Virus record (IMG/VR): IMGVR_UViG_3300036851_000172
Span: 1 to 64,000 of that record
Direction: 5' to 3' (one strand)
Origin: a virus
Length of the DNA: 64,000 nt
The notes beneath the pieces are model-generated. The model saw only the letters and a list, made by a program, of their open reading frames with translations, had not been told where the DNA came from and did not search any database. The translations under genes and the position numbers were made by a program. Numbering within the stretch: the stretch's first letter is position 1; each line of letters begins with the position of its first letter. Positions 18,702 through 28,762 of the stretch are shown here, piece after piece.

Positions 18702-19619
18702 ATGGCATATCTCACCGAGATCGGTGTCGCCTCCGGCCTTCCCGTTGCGGGGACCGGCAGCGTCTATACGCTCAACACCATAGCGGCCCTAGTGGGTGAG
18801 GTTTCATCGACCCCCACAACCTCGACCATGATGGATCGGCTGCGGCTGATCCGGATCGGCGTTGACTCGACGGCTGGACTGCTGGCTGGCTCGGTGGCAG
18901 TCAGGGGCACGCTGAACACCGTGTCCAGCGTGGGCACGGTGGCTGCCGTCACTACGATCGGGACGGTCAACACCGTCACCGCGCTCAATACAGTCAATAC
19001 GGTCAATGCTGTTACGACCGTTGCCGCGGTGACCAACGTTGCGGCCGTTACGACAGTCTCAGCGGTCACTACGGTGGCTGCAATTGCGCTCGTTCAAAAC
19101 ATAACCGCGCTGGGCTCAACGGCGCTCGACAGCGGTGTGGGCTCTGGCGGCTCCAGGACCATCCGCGTTGCCATCGACACGTCTCAGGTGAGTTCACTTG
19201 CGACCGCGGTGCAGTCGGTAGCCGGCGGCGTCCACATGGTGGCGTTGCCTACCGATCAGACGCCAATCCCGGTGGCCAACGTCACTAACATTCTCTACAA
19301 CGGCGTGACAAGCCTTGCGCCGGTGTTTGCGCAGACCACCACGTCGGTGACAAGCACACAAATCGTTGCCTCCACGTCCGGCAGGAAAATCCGCGTGCTC
19401 AATGCGGCGCTGCATGGCAATGGTGCGGTGACGGCCAAGTGGACCTCGTCCAACACGGTTGATCTCACGCCAAATGCCGCGGTGGGCTCGAACTATGGCT
19501 ACGTCCTGCCGTTCTCACCTATTGGATGGTTCGAGACAGCGACGGGCTCCGCGCTGGGCCTGACCTTAGCTCCGTCGAACGTGAACGTCGGCGTTCACAT
19601 CGCCTATGTGCTGGTATGA
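18702..19619 (+). CDS. Thr/Val-rich repeat protein, putative head fibre
   Basis: V-x-x periodic repeats (VTTVAAVTNVAAVTTVSAV) plus a beta-rich C-terminal domain. Confidence 0.75.
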   Translation: MAYLTEIGVASGLPVAGTGSVYTLNTIAALVGEVSSTPTTSTMMDRLRLIRIGVDSTAGLLAGSVAVRGTLNTVSSVGTVAAVTTIGTVNTVTALNTVNTVNAVTTVAAVTNVAAVTTVSAVTTVAAIALVQNITALGSTALDSGVGSGGSRTIRVAIDTSQVSSLATAVQSVAGGVHMVALPTDQTPIPVANVTNILYNGVTSLAPVFAQTTTSVTSTQIVASTSGRKIRVLNAALHGNGAVTAKWTSSNTVDLTPNAAVGSNYGYVLPFSPIGWFETATGSALGLTLAPSNVNVGVHIAYVLV

Positions 19620-20449
19620 GCCTGTTACGCGCGGGGGTAGGGCGGCCGTTCGATGCGGTGGCCGGTGGAGCGGCCTATACGGGGCCGGGCGACATTGTCG
19701 CCTTTACTTGGTGGGGCGGTTTTCGGGCCTACAGCGCGGCGACTGCGGGGACTGCTGCCATTCGGGTCGTGCGCGCCTCGGACAGTGCGCAGACCGACAT
19801 CAATACGCTGGCTGACGGGACTCTGGACGCCGCAACGCTGGCGACGTTCTTGACGGCGACGACGGGAAAGGTTGTCACGGTCTACGACAAGGTCGGGACC
19901 AACCATGTCACGCAAGGAACGGATGGAAACCGTCCAACGGTGACAGCCAATGCGATCGGCACGTCTTACGGCATGACGTTCGTTAGGGCCTCCAACACGA
20001 TATTGCTCAGCGGCTCGACAATCACGCAGTCGCAGCCGTACAGTTTGGTGGTTATTGCTCAGCAACCCGACAACGCTACAGACCAGGGAATTATTGCCAT
20101 CGATGATGGCGGCTTTAACGGCGCCGGCACCAACTATACGAGCGGCGCAAATTTCAGGGCCTATTCCGGGCTCTCGTTCGACCAGGCGGCAACAACAAAT
20201 ACGATGCATGCCCTCCAGGCCATTTTTGATGGTGCTTCGTCCGTGAATAGAGTTGATGGTTCAGAGACTACCGGGAATGCCGGAACACAATCGTTGACGG
20301 CCTATAGCATTGCTCTCGGTGCGTTCGGCCCCGGTACTCAGCACTCCAACCACGTCATTATGGAGGGCGGTTATGTGGCGGGGACGATTAGCGCCGGAAA
20401 TCGCACGAGTTTGAATTCAAACATGCACGCAGCTTATGGCGCTTGGTAG
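19616..20449 (+). CDS. ConA/LamG-like (arabinofuranosidase-B-like) virion protein
   Basis: YTGPGDI..RAYSAA..IRVVRASDSAQTDI...G.LD...VVTVYD pattern. Confidence 0.7.
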   Translation: MSLLRAGVGRPFDAVAGGAAYTGPGDIVAFTWWGGFRAYSAATAGTAAIRVVRASDSAQTDINTLADGTLDAATLATFLTATTGKVVTVYDKVGTNHVTQGTDGNRPTVTANAIGTSYGMTFVRASNTILLSGSTITQSQPYSLVVIAQQPDNATDQGIIAIDDGGFNGAGTNYTSGANFRAYSGLSFDQAATTNTMHALQAIFDGASSVNRVDGSETTGNAGTQSLTAYSIALGAFGPGTQHSNHVIMEGGYVAGTISAGNRTSLNSNMHAAYGAW

Positions 20450-20663
20450 AGGCGGACCAATTGGGACGGGTACATGTGGTGCTCGGTTGGATCATCGACG
20501 AACTTCACACGAATGGCGAATTTTGAGCCCTCCCACCCGCCCATCATGACCGGGTTCTGGCCCATCCGGTTGGCGTAGTCGGCTTCGGCGACTGTGAGTT
20601 TTTCGCCATCAGAAATGACGACATCGCCGGCCTTTAATTCGCGTGCGGTGACAAGCTTCGACA
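20434..20663 (-). CDS. Small antisense moron gene
   Basis: MSKLVTARELKAGDVV...; fills the gap between two + strand structural genes. Confidence 0.55.
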
Positions 20664-20708
20664 TGGCGAAATTCAAGCAGGATTGAGCCGGTCTGACAAG
20701 GGGGCCCG

Positions 20709-22820
20709 GTGTTCCTATTTCTAAAGCCTGCAGCCACATGGTTCCAATTGAAGATCGGTGCTGGCGGCTACATGACCGGCATCGACATGACCTCGGACGG
20801 GGTCAAGGTCTGCCGGACCGATGCCTACGGGTGCTATGTGTGGCGGGGCTCGAGCTGGGAGCAACTGTTAACCACCAATTCGATGCCGGCGGCGGATGTC
20901 GATCCCGATTTTGCGACGGGTTCAAATGAGATTGTCATAGCGCCGTCCAACACCAGCCGGTTCTACATGGCGTGGGTTGGCCGGGTGTATCGGTCGGACA
21001 ACAGCGGAGCGAGTTGGACCAGGACGGGGTTCACGCAGGTCGCCACGAATCCGGCGACGGACAATCCAGCCAAGGCATTCGGTCCCTACATCGCGGTCGA
21101 TCCTGTAAATGCGGACGTGCTGTTCTACGGCCCGCCATCGGCCAAAGCGTGGATCAGCACTGACGCGGGCGCCAGCTGGACGCAGATCAGCACCTTCGGG
21201 ACGCCAACGGTTCCTTCCGGGGGAGTGGTTGGCGGCGGGACGATCTTCAAGTTCGATCCGAGCTCCAGCGTCACTGGGAGCCGCACACAAGGCATCTATG
21301 CCTCGGTTTATGGGACGGGTGTCTATCACTCGACCGATGCCGGGGCGAATTGGACACTGACCACCAGTACCCCGACGACGCACCGGAAAATGGACATCGG
21401 CTCCAACGGTGTCCTTTGGCTAACCGACAATTCGAACGGGAGCTTCAACTACAACAAATATGCGTCTGCGACATGGTCGCAGATGGCTCCCTCCGGAGGA
21501 GGTGGCGGCAGCGGCTGGTCGGTAGCGGTCGATCCTGCCGATGCAACGCATGTGGTGTTTGTCAACAGCGACGGAACCTCGAACCATTCGACCGACAACG
21601 GAGCCAACTGGTCGCGGGTCACGACCATCACCCGTACGGCCTCGGATGTTCCTTGGCTGGCGGAGACGAATGAGGGGTTCTTCTCGAATGGCGCCGCGAT
21701 GTTCGACCCAGGCGCCTCGAACAAGCTCTACGTCGGGGAAGGGATAGGCATCTGGTACTCGACCCCACCGGGAACAACCTGGACATCGCAGAGCGCGGGC
21801 ATCGAGAACCTGATCGGCAATCGGGTCATCGCCCCGACCAACGGAAACCCAGTTGTCAGTGCGTGGGATCGCCCGGTCTTCTATGTCACCAATCCGGATG
21901 CATATCCGGCCGATCACGGTCCTGACTACGACATTCAGCTTCGCCACGGCTGGGCGCTTGACTGGGTGGCGGGAGCACCAGCAACCTTGGTCGGGATGTT
22001 CAACGATCAGCAGAACGTTGTCGGTGAGGACGCCTCGGGTAAGTCTACCGATGGCGGGCAGACCTGGACGGAGTTCGCGGCCAAGCCGAGTCCTTTCAGG
22101 TCCGGCGGCTGTATCGCTGCTGCCAGTGCCTCGAACTATGTCTGGACTGAGAGCAACCAGGGAGACCTATTCTATACGACCAATTCCGGCGGCACATGGA
22201 CGCTGGTGACTCCTACAGGTGTTCCGAGTTCCGGAAATCGCGGCTGGGGTGCCAACTATTACGTCAACCGCAAGAACATCTGCGCAGATCGGGTCACGGC
22301 GAACAAGTTTTATGCTTACAATTCTGGTTCGGACACGCCATCGACCGCAACGGGTGTGTGGGTATCGACCGACAACGGAGCGACGTGGACGCGGGTGTTC
22401 GAGGGTGAGGTCGCGGACTTCTCAGGCTTTGCCGTCACCATGGACAGCGTCCCTGGTCAGGCCGGGCATCTGTTCTTTACCTCGGGAGTACAGAGCGCAC
22501 CGCACCCCTCGATCACGGAGTTCATGCGCTCGACTGACGCTGGGGTATCTTGGGCCGCAGTCGGAGACCTTACCGAGGTCACGGCATTCGGGTTCGGGGC
22601 GATCTATCCGGGTCAGTCCTATCCGGCAATCTATGTGTCTGGCTGGAATAACGGGACCTACGGCATCTGGCGCTCGATCGACAACGCTTCGACATGGGTG
22701 AAAATTGGGGATTATCCGTTGGGCGTCTTTTCAGCGATCAAGTCCATTGACGGGCACAAGACAATTCCGGGCTTCGTGTACGTGGCGACGGCAACCGGCT
22801 GGTTTTACGGACGGACATGA
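20709..22820 (+). CDS. BNR/Asp-box beta-propeller protein, GH74 xyloglucanase-like
   Basis: Many S-x-D-x-G-x-(T/S)-W boxes; KIGAGGYMTGI...RTD.YG.Y.W start and VYVAT..G.FYG end as in GH74. Confidence 0.82.
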   Translation: MFLFLKPAATWFQLKIGAGGYMTGIDMTSDGVKVCRTDAYGCYVWRGSSWEQLLTTNSMPAADVDPDFATGSNEIVIAPSNTSRFYMAWVGRVYRSDNSGASWTRTGFTQVATNPATDNPAKAFGPYIAVDPVNADVLFYGPPSAKAWISTDAGASWTQISTFGTPTVPSGGVVGGGTIFKFDPSSSVTGSRTQGIYASVYGTGVYHSTDAGANWTLTTSTPTTHRKMDIGSNGVLWLTDNSNGSFNYNKYASATWSQMAPSGGGGGSGWSVAVDPADATHVVFVNSDGTSNHSTDNGANWSRVTTITRTASDVPWLAETNEGFFSNGAAMFDPGASNKLYVGEGIGIWYSTPPGTTWTSQSAGIENLIGNRVIAPTNGNPVVSAWDRPVFYVTNPDAYPADHGPDYDIQLRHGWALDWVAGAPATLVGMFNDQQNVVGEDASGKSTDGGQTWTEFAAKPSPFRSGGCIAAASASNYVWTESNQGDLFYTTNSGGTWTLVTPTGVPSSGNRGWGANYYVNRKNICADRVTANKFYAYNSGSDTPSTATGVWVSTDNGATWTRVFEGEVADFSGFAVTMDSVPGQAGHLFFTSGVQSAPHPSITEFMRSTDAGVSWAAVGDLTEVTAFGFGAIYPGQSYPAIYVSGWNNGTYGIWRSIDNASTWVKIGDYPLGVFSAIKSIDGHKTIPGFVYVATATGWFYGRT

Positions 22821-23086
22821 CTGACAAGATTCAAAAGCAGATTACCGAGGCTGCTTATGCCGATGCGCTGCTGCGTAATGAATTCTTGTGGGAACAATTC
22901 GGGTATCTGGAGAAAGAATACACCGAGGCTTGGAAAACAACGCCAGCGCGGGACACTGATGCTCGCGAGCGGTTGTGGCAGGCCGTACAGGTAGTTGGCA
23001 AGGTCAGGCAGCACCTGACCACAGTATTGAACGATGGGAAGATCGCCAAGACTGATCTTGAGCGGCTGGCGAGCAAGCAAGGATAG
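22817..23086 (+). CDS. Small pre-scaffold head assembly protein
   Basis: AWKTT...DTDARERLW motif; position before the scaffold. Confidence 0.7.
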   Translation: MTDKIQKQITEAAYADALLRNEFLWEQFGYLEKEYTEAWKTTPARDTDARERLWQAVQVVGKVRQHLTTVLNDGKIAKTDLERLASKQG

Positions 23087-23089
23087 CCC

Positions 23090-24193
23090 ATGAGCGATGT
23101 AGGCATTGATACCGGCGAGGCGCCCGCCACCCCCGTCCCGGCACCGGCCGGCGATGCCCCGATCAGCCCGCGCGAGGCTGCTAGGGCGCTAGGCAAATGG
23201 CGGCATGAGAAGTCGAAGGAAGAATCAAAGCCCGTAGTCCAGGCAGCGGAAGCCGCGCCGGCTGCGGAGCCCGAATCGACCGCGCAAGCGGAAGACGCCG
23301 CACCTGTCGAAGGACAGCCCAGCGGTGAGAGCCAAGAGCAGCCCGAACCGGCAGAACAGCCGCCTATCGAGCCCCCGAGGTTCTGGACCAAGGACGCAAA
23401 AGAACGGTGGGCGAGCCTCCCACGCGAGACGCAGGAATACATTGCGGAGCGCGAGCAGGAACGCGACCGGGAAGTGCGCCGCGGTCAAAACGAGGCCACT
23501 GAAAAGCTCAAGGGCCTGTCGGCCAAAGAGCAGGCGGTGGAACAGGCAAGGCAACAGTATGAGTCTGCCCTTCCCATCCTGATGAACAACCTGCAAGCGG
23601 CGATGGCCGGCGAGTTTGCCGATGTCAAGACCATGCAGGACGTTCAGAGGATGGCTGCCGAGGACTGGCCGCGATACATCCGGTGGGACGCCGCACAGAA
23701 GCAGGTTGCTGCGGTCTATCAGGAAGTACAAGCGTCACAGCAGCGGCAAATGACGGAAGCGCAGACCAAGTTCGCCGACTTCGCCAAGAAGGAAGGTGAG
23801 CTCTTCGCCAAAGAAGTCCCTGAGATGGCGGATCCCGCCAAGGCGGCCGAGCTCCAGAAGGCTGCCATGTCCACGCTCAAGGGCGCGGGCTTTGAGGAAA
23901 TCGAGCTGGCGCAGGCATGGCAAGGGAAGATCAATGTTCCCTTCCGCGACCATCGCGTTCAGTTGATGATCCACAAAGCGGCGCTCTGGGATCAGGCGCA
24001 GGCCAAGGCGAAGACAGTCGTGAACAATGCCAAGCCACTTCCGCCGGTTCAGCGGCCCGGCGCGGCGCAGCCCAAAGGGGCGGCACAGGCAGCGCAGATC
24101 GAAACCCTCGGAAAGAAACTCGATAACGCGAGCGGCCTCAATGCGCTCCGCGCAGCAACAAGCTTGCTGAAGGCGCGGCGCTCCGCTCGCTAG
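23090..24193 (+). CDS. Capsid scaffolding protein
   Basis: Acidic P/A/E-rich N-terminus, PPRFW..WASLP..QEYI and coiled coil; directly before the MCP. Confidence 0.8.
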   Translation: MSDVGIDTGEAPATPVPAPAGDAPISPREAARALGKWRHEKSKEESKPVVQAAEAAPAAEPESTAQAEDAAPVEGQPSGESQEQPEPAEQPPIEPPRFWTKDAKERWASLPRETQEYIAEREQERDREVRRGQNEATEKLKGLSAKEQAVEQARQQYESALPILMNNLQAAMAGEFADVKTMQDVQRMAAEDWPRYIRWDAAQKQVAAVYQEVQASQQRQMTEAQTKFADFAKKEGELFAKEVPEMADPAKAAELQKAAMSTLKGAGFEEIELAQAWQGKINVPFRDHRVQLMIHKAALWDQAQAKAKTVVNNAKPLPPVQRPGAAQPKGAAQAAQIETLGKKLDNASGLNALRAATSLLKARRSAR

Positions 24194-24205
24194 AAAGGCA
24201 CGGCC

Positions 24206-25183
24206 ATGGCCGTTGATGCAGCAGCCCTCCTCACGTATTCCGCGATCGGAAACCGCGAAGACCTCTCCGATATCATCTATCGGATCGACCCCACCGATAC
24301 CCCGGCGATGACCGGGTTCGAGCGCGAAAAGGCCACTGCCGTCAATCATGAATGGCAGACCCAGGCCCTCGCCGCCGTGAACAGCGTCAACTCCGTGCTC
24401 GAAGGTGATGACGCGACGACCGACACCGCGACCCCGACCGTCCGTCTCGGCAACATCTGCCAGATTTCGGACAAGGTCGCCCGCGTGTCCGGCACCCAGC
24501 GGGCGGTGGAGCACGCCGGCCGCGACGACGAGCTCGAGTACCAGGAAATGCTCAAGGGCCTGGAGCTCAAGCGCGACATGGAGACCATCATCGTCGGGAC
24601 GAACCAGGCCAAGGTGGCCGGCGCCGCGGGTACTCCCAGGGCAACGGCCTCCGTCATTTCCTGGATCAAGACCAACACCAACTCCAACAACGGCACGGCC
24701 GCCGGTTCCTCGACCTCCGGCAACCCCGCGGCGGCGGACGGTACGGGCACCCGTACCGACTCGACGCAGCGGGCCTTCACCGAAGTCCTGATGAAGACTG
24801 TTCTCCAGTCGATCTGGACCAACGGCGGCAAGCCCGACACCATCATGGTGGGCGGCTTCAACAAGCAGCAGTTCTCGACCTTCACCGGCCGGGCAACTCC
24901 GATGGAAGACGCCAAGGCGAAGAAGATCGTCGCCTCGGTCGAGTTTTACGAGAGTGACTTCGGCAAGCTTGGCGTTACCCCGAACCGCTTCCAGCGGGCG
25001 CGTGACGTGCTGATCCTCCAGATGGACATGTGGGCCGTGTCGTTCCTGAGCGGACGCAAGATGGTCTCCATTCCGCTGGCCCGGACTGGCGACAGCGAGC
25101 GTCGGCAGATACTCAGCGAGTACACTTTGGTAGCGAGAAACGAGAAAGCATCTGGTGGAGTTTTTGATACGACTACCAGTTAG
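24206..25183 (+). CDS. Major capsid protein (SU10/DUF5309-like)
   Basis: GNREDLSDIIYRIDPTDTP, HEWQT, GNICQI.DK, ELKRDME, YESDFG, EYTL; strongly biased codons. Confidence 0.92.
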   Translation: MAVDAAALLTYSAIGNREDLSDIIYRIDPTDTPAMTGFEREKATAVNHEWQTQALAAVNSVNSVLEGDDATTDTATPTVRLGNICQISDKVARVSGTQRAVEHAGRDDELEYQEMLKGLELKRDMETIIVGTNQAKVAGAAGTPRATASVISWIKTNTNSNNGTAAGSSTSGNPAAADGTGTRTDSTQRAFTEVLMKTVLQSIWTNGGKPDTIMVGGFNKQQFSTFTGRATPMEDAKAKKIVASVEFYESDFGKLGVTPNRFQRARDVLILQMDMWAVSFLSGRKMVSIPLARTGDSERRQILSEYTLVARNEKASGGVFDTTTS

Positions 25184-25208
25184 TTAGGCGTACCTCCCAG
25201 CCACTTGG

Positions 25209-25241
25209 GGGCGGCGGAGCAATCTGCCGCCCTTCTCTTTT
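25209..25241 (+). terminator. Intrinsic terminator after the MCP
   Basis: GGGCGGCGGA-GCAA-TCTGCCGCCC followed by TTCTCTTTT. Confidence 0.85.
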
Positions 25242-25250
25242 GGAGTTCAC

Positions 25251-25841
25251 ATGAACGTCCATCTCGGCAGTATGCACGCTGCCTCGTTCTCAACTGATCC
25301 CAAGCACCTCGGCTTCGTGCTCGCCCGCTACAAGTTCGTGGCCAAGATGCTCAAGGGCTATGGGCGCGTGTTAGAAATAGGCTGCGGCGACGGGACAGGC
25401 GCACAGATTGTACAGCCAGTAGTGGGCCGTCTTGTAGGCGTAGATTCGCAGATTCCTGTAGCAAAATACTTCACGCTCGAATTTGAACAGCACGACATTC
25501 TCAGTGGTCCGTTCGGTGGCGAGTGGGACGCATGCTATGCGCTCGATGTTCTTGAACACATCAAGCCGGATGACGAGAACAACGTCCTGCGCAACATCAC
25601 GGAATGCATGACACCGGACGGCGCCCTCATCATCGGCATGCCGTCGAAGGAATCGCAGCCCTACGCCTCAGAGCTATCCCGTTTGCACCATGTCAACTGC
25701 AAGACGGAGGACGAGCTGCGCGAGACGATGAGCCGACACTTTCACAACGTCTTCATGTTCGGGATGTCGGATGAAGTGGTCCACACGGGTTTTGGGCCTC
25801 TCTGCCATTACAGGCTAGCCATAGGAGTGGGGAAGCGATGA
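25251..25841 (+). CDS. Class I SAM-dependent methyltransferase
   Basis: VLEIGCGDG motif I, DVLEHI, PDGALII. Confidence 0.9.
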   Translation: MNVHLGSMHAASFSTDPKHLGFVLARYKFVAKMLKGYGRVLEIGCGDGTGAQIVQPVVGRLVGVDSQIPVAKYFTLEFEQHDILSGPFGGEWDACYALDVLEHIKPDDENNVLRNITECMTPDGALIIGMPSKESQPYASELSRLHHVNCKTEDELRETMSRHFHNVFMFGMSDEVVHTGFGPLCHYRLAIGVGKR

Positions 25842-26929
25842 CCGGCCCGACCTCTGACGAGTTGAAAGCCTTCGCGGCCAAGCACCTTCCCACGATGGAA
25901 GTCAAGCCGCCGGCCGACCCGCTCCTGAGCCTGCCCAAGCGTCATGTCTGCGTGGCGCTGCTCTCCTACGACGCCAAGATGTTCATCCGTTCGGCGATGG
26001 CATTGACCATCGCGGCGGCCAGGTGCGGGCAATTGGGCTGGGGCTTCTCCTACGTCCTGCGTGAGTCCGACAGCATGGTGGCGCGAGGCCGTAGTCAACT
26101 GGCCTCCCGGTTTCTGACCGAGGAGGGCGCCAACAAATGGACCGACCTCGTTTTTATCGACACTGATGTGTATTGGGACGGCGATGACCTGATCAAGCTG
26201 CTCTCGCACGACGTGGACGTGGTTGCTGGCGCCTATCCCTTCAAGAATGAGTCCGGCAACTTTCCGCTGCGCTGGTCGTCTCAGGGCTTGGTCCAGCACA
26301 ACGGCCTCTGGGTCGTTCAGGCCGCGACCGCCGGCTTCATGCGCATTCGCAGGAGCGCGCTGGAGCGCATCGTCGCTGAGATGCCGTGGCTGGAATACAC
26401 GGATGCGCATGGCGATGCCTCGCACCGTTGTTGGATGTTCTTCGACAACCTTCACCGGCAGACCGGCATCTATGACGAGAGCTATGTATTCTGCGAGCGT
26501 TTCCGCGGCTGTGGCGGGACGATCTACATCGATCCAACAATTCACCTCAAGCACATCGGGCTGAAAATCTACGACCACGGCACGCTTGAGCAATGGAACG
26601 TCCGCAAGACTGACGAGGTCGCGGCACTCAATCAGAAATATCCCAACGTGGATGTCAGAACGCTCTTCAACTCGACGCAGGGCGTGAAGGTCGATCTGGA
26701 GAAGGAGCAGGCCGACGCTGTCAAGGCCGGTGCGCCGCGCGTGATCCTGGCGGGTGTGGAGAACAGGAAACTAGAGGGAGACGATGTGGAAGAAGAGAGG
26801 CCGACCCCGGAAGTACAGCCCAGCCCAACTGATCGAGCAGAGACGCTTGTGGAACCGGGAGGCCAACCGCCGCCGCCGGGAACGCGAACGGCTCGAAAAG
26901 GCGCGAATGGCGCGGCGGTGCAAGCATGA
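25838..26929 (+). CDS. GT-A fold glycosyltransferase-like protein
   Basis: S.VARGR..LA..FL, LVFIDTD (DxD), VVAGAYP, GFMRIRR, FCERFR..GG.IYID..I.LKHIG. Confidence 0.85.
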   Translation: MTGPTSDELKAFAAKHLPTMEVKPPADPLLSLPKRHVCVALLSYDAKMFIRSAMALTIAAARCGQLGWGFSYVLRESDSMVARGRSQLASRFLTEEGANKWTDLVFIDTDVYWDGDDLIKLLSHDVDVVAGAYPFKNESGNFPLRWSSQGLVQHNGLWVVQAATAGFMRIRRSALERIVAEMPWLEYTDAHGDASHRCWMFFDNLHRQTGIYDESYVFCERFRGCGGTIYIDPTIHLKHIGLKIYDHGTLEQWNVRKTDEVAALNQKYPNVDVRTLFNSTQGVKVDLEKEQADAVKAGAPRVILAGVENRKLEGDDVEEERPTPEVQPSPTDRAETLVEPGGQPPPPGTRTARKGANGAAVQA

Positions 26930-27792
26930 AGCTCACAATGGCGATTGCCACCAGGGGACGGCCGAACCTCCTGCTGGAAACACTGGCGCACACGATCCTC
27001 AACGTCAGCCGGGACGATACGCGCATCCTGATCTGCGTCGATGACGATGATCAACCAACCATCGATGCGCTGGGCCGACTTCCGACTGACGATCGGGTCA
27101 AAGTCTCGATTAAGCCAAGGGAGGACAGCCGGGGCGAGAAGTACAACCGCGCTCTCACGGAGGCCAAGGCGGATGTCTATCTTCTGGCGGTGGACTGCGC
27201 CCCGATCCTCACGCCGGGATTTGATCAGGGCATTATCAATGCTGCTCGCCTCTTCCCCGATGGCATTGGATGCGTTTACACGCCAATGGCTAATGCGTCA
27301 TTCCCCGGTCTTCAAGCTCCTACTGCCGGATTAGTGGAGAAGCTGGGCTACACCTACAACCCGGAATATCCGTACTGGTTCGTTGACCATGAACTTGACG
27401 ACATCTGCCGGATGATCGGCCGCTACGTCTGTGTGGACGTGGATGTGAGCACGGCTCCGCTGCGTCCGGCCAAGACCATCCGCATGCATGATCTGGAATA
27501 CTGGACGCGCTATTTCGACCTGATGACTCTGGAGCGCCGACTTAAAGCGCGGGACATCATCCTGTCGCCCGAGTTCGAAAGCCCGGATTGGTTAAAGCAG
27601 GTTCTGTGCAACAGTTATCAGCCGATCGAGGCTCGGTCCTACTGGATCAACAACAACGTTCGAAACAACGCCGCGGAAATCGAAGCGCAGCGCGGCGAAA
27701 CGGCTCCTCCCGATGAGGGCTATCTGCGCGCGAAGGCGAAAGCCGACAAGAAACTGATTGAAGTCTTCGCGGCCTTGAAGCAGGCCGTATAA
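26926..27792 (+). CDS. GT2-like glycosyltransferase
   Basis: IATRGRP, ILICVDDDD and Y.YWFVD.EL motifs. Confidence 0.8.
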   Translation: MKLTMAIATRGRPNLLLETLAHTILNVSRDDTRILICVDDDDQPTIDALGRLPTDDRVKVSIKPREDSRGEKYNRALTEAKADVYLLAVDCAPILTPGFDQGIINAARLFPDGIGCVYTPMANASFPGLQAPTAGLVEKLGYTYNPEYPYWFVDHELDDICRMIGRYVCVDVDVSTAPLRPAKTIRMHDLEYWTRYFDLMTLERRLKARDIILSPEFESPDWLKQVLCNSYQPIEARSYWINNNVRNNAAEIEAQRGETAPPDEGYLRAKAKADKKLIEVFAALKQAV

Positions 27793-27804
27793 GGAGCAAG
27801 TGCC

Positions 27805-28167
27805 ATGCCTCTTCAAGATAGTCATACGTTCTCAGAAGTAACGATAACTGGTTTCTCATCGACCGCTGGTACGCCCGGAGGCGTGACGACTTCACCCCTC
27901 CCCGTGCCGGCCAGGGGGCAGGTGATCAAAATTGGTCTCGCGCCGACTACCAGCGTGACCTCGACAATGACAATCGCGATGCTGATCAACAATGTCGCTG
28001 CAGTTACGAGTACTTCTGTTGGCGGCGCGATCGCGACCGGCACCTCAGCATTCGTAGCCCCACCATCGCCGGTCTTTGTCAATGAAGGCGATGGAATCCA
28101 GTTCGTTTTTTCCGGCGGCAATACGAGTACCATCGGCGCGACCATTTTCGCGACCATTAGGAAGTGA
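27805..28167 (+). CDS. Ser/Thr-rich small virion protein (decoration-like)
   Basis: AAGGAG RBS; beta-rich, ends VNEGDGIQFVFSGG. Confidence 0.7.
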   Translation: MPLQDSHTFSEVTITGFSSTAGTPGGVTTSPLPVPARGQVIKIGLAPTTSVTSTMTIAMLINNVAAVTSTSVGGAIATGTSAFVAPPSPVFVNEGDGIQFVFSGGNTSTIGATIFATIRK

Positions 28168-28178
28168 AGGAGGCTACC

Positions 28179-28478
28179 ATGCCACTCACTGGTACCTACC
28201 GCTGGGGGGCTACGAGTTCGCTAGCCCCCAATAGCACGTCCGGCAGTTCAACTGCTGTATTCGGGACACAGACGCGTCAGATACGGGTTGCTACCACGCA
28301 GCCGACATGGCTCTTGATCGACCAATCCCCCTCAAGCACGGCTGCGACTATCTATGGGACCGGCGCACTGCTGCCTGCAAATACGGTAGATTATATCACG
28401 GTAACGCCTGGGCAGCGACTTTCGGCGGCCAGCAGCACGGCCTCAACGGCCAATCTGACGATCACTGAGGTTGGCTGA
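28179..28478 (+). CDS. Ser/Thr-rich small virion protein
   Basis: GGAGG RBS; TRQIRVAT...LLPANTVDYITVTPGQRLS. Confidence 0.7.
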   Translation: MPLTGTYRWGATSSLAPNSTSGSSTAVFGTQTRQIRVATTQPTWLLIDQSPSSTAATIYGTGALLPANTVDYITVTPGQRLSAASSTASTANLTITEVG

Positions 28479-28762
28479 TGCCCCTTACGGCCATCAAGCT
28501 CGATAAGAGCGACCGGCGGCTCTATGTCAAGTCGGAAGACGATGTCGAGCCGATCCTCGAGCACAACAAGGCGCTGCGCAGCCAGGAGCAAAAGAGCGAC
28601 TGGGGGCGCAGCATCGCAAACGTTCCTACCGTCATTCTGCTGCAGTGGTTGAATGAGGCGTGGGAAAGCGGACACGATATCCGCTATCTCTCGGAAGAGT
28701 GGTATCGGTTGGTCTGGAAGAAATTGCAAGACCCTGACTGGAAATTTTTGAGGACGGATTAG
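28478..28762 (+). CDS. Small head-completion-type protein
   Basis: DVEPILEHNKALR...IANVP...LQDPDWKFLRT, typical of SU10-MCP podoviruses. Confidence 0.75.
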   Translation: MPLTAIKLDKSDRRLYVKSEDDVEPILEHNKALRSQEQKSDWGRSIANVPTVILLQWLNEAWESGHDIRYLSEEWYRLVWKKLQDPDWKFLRTD

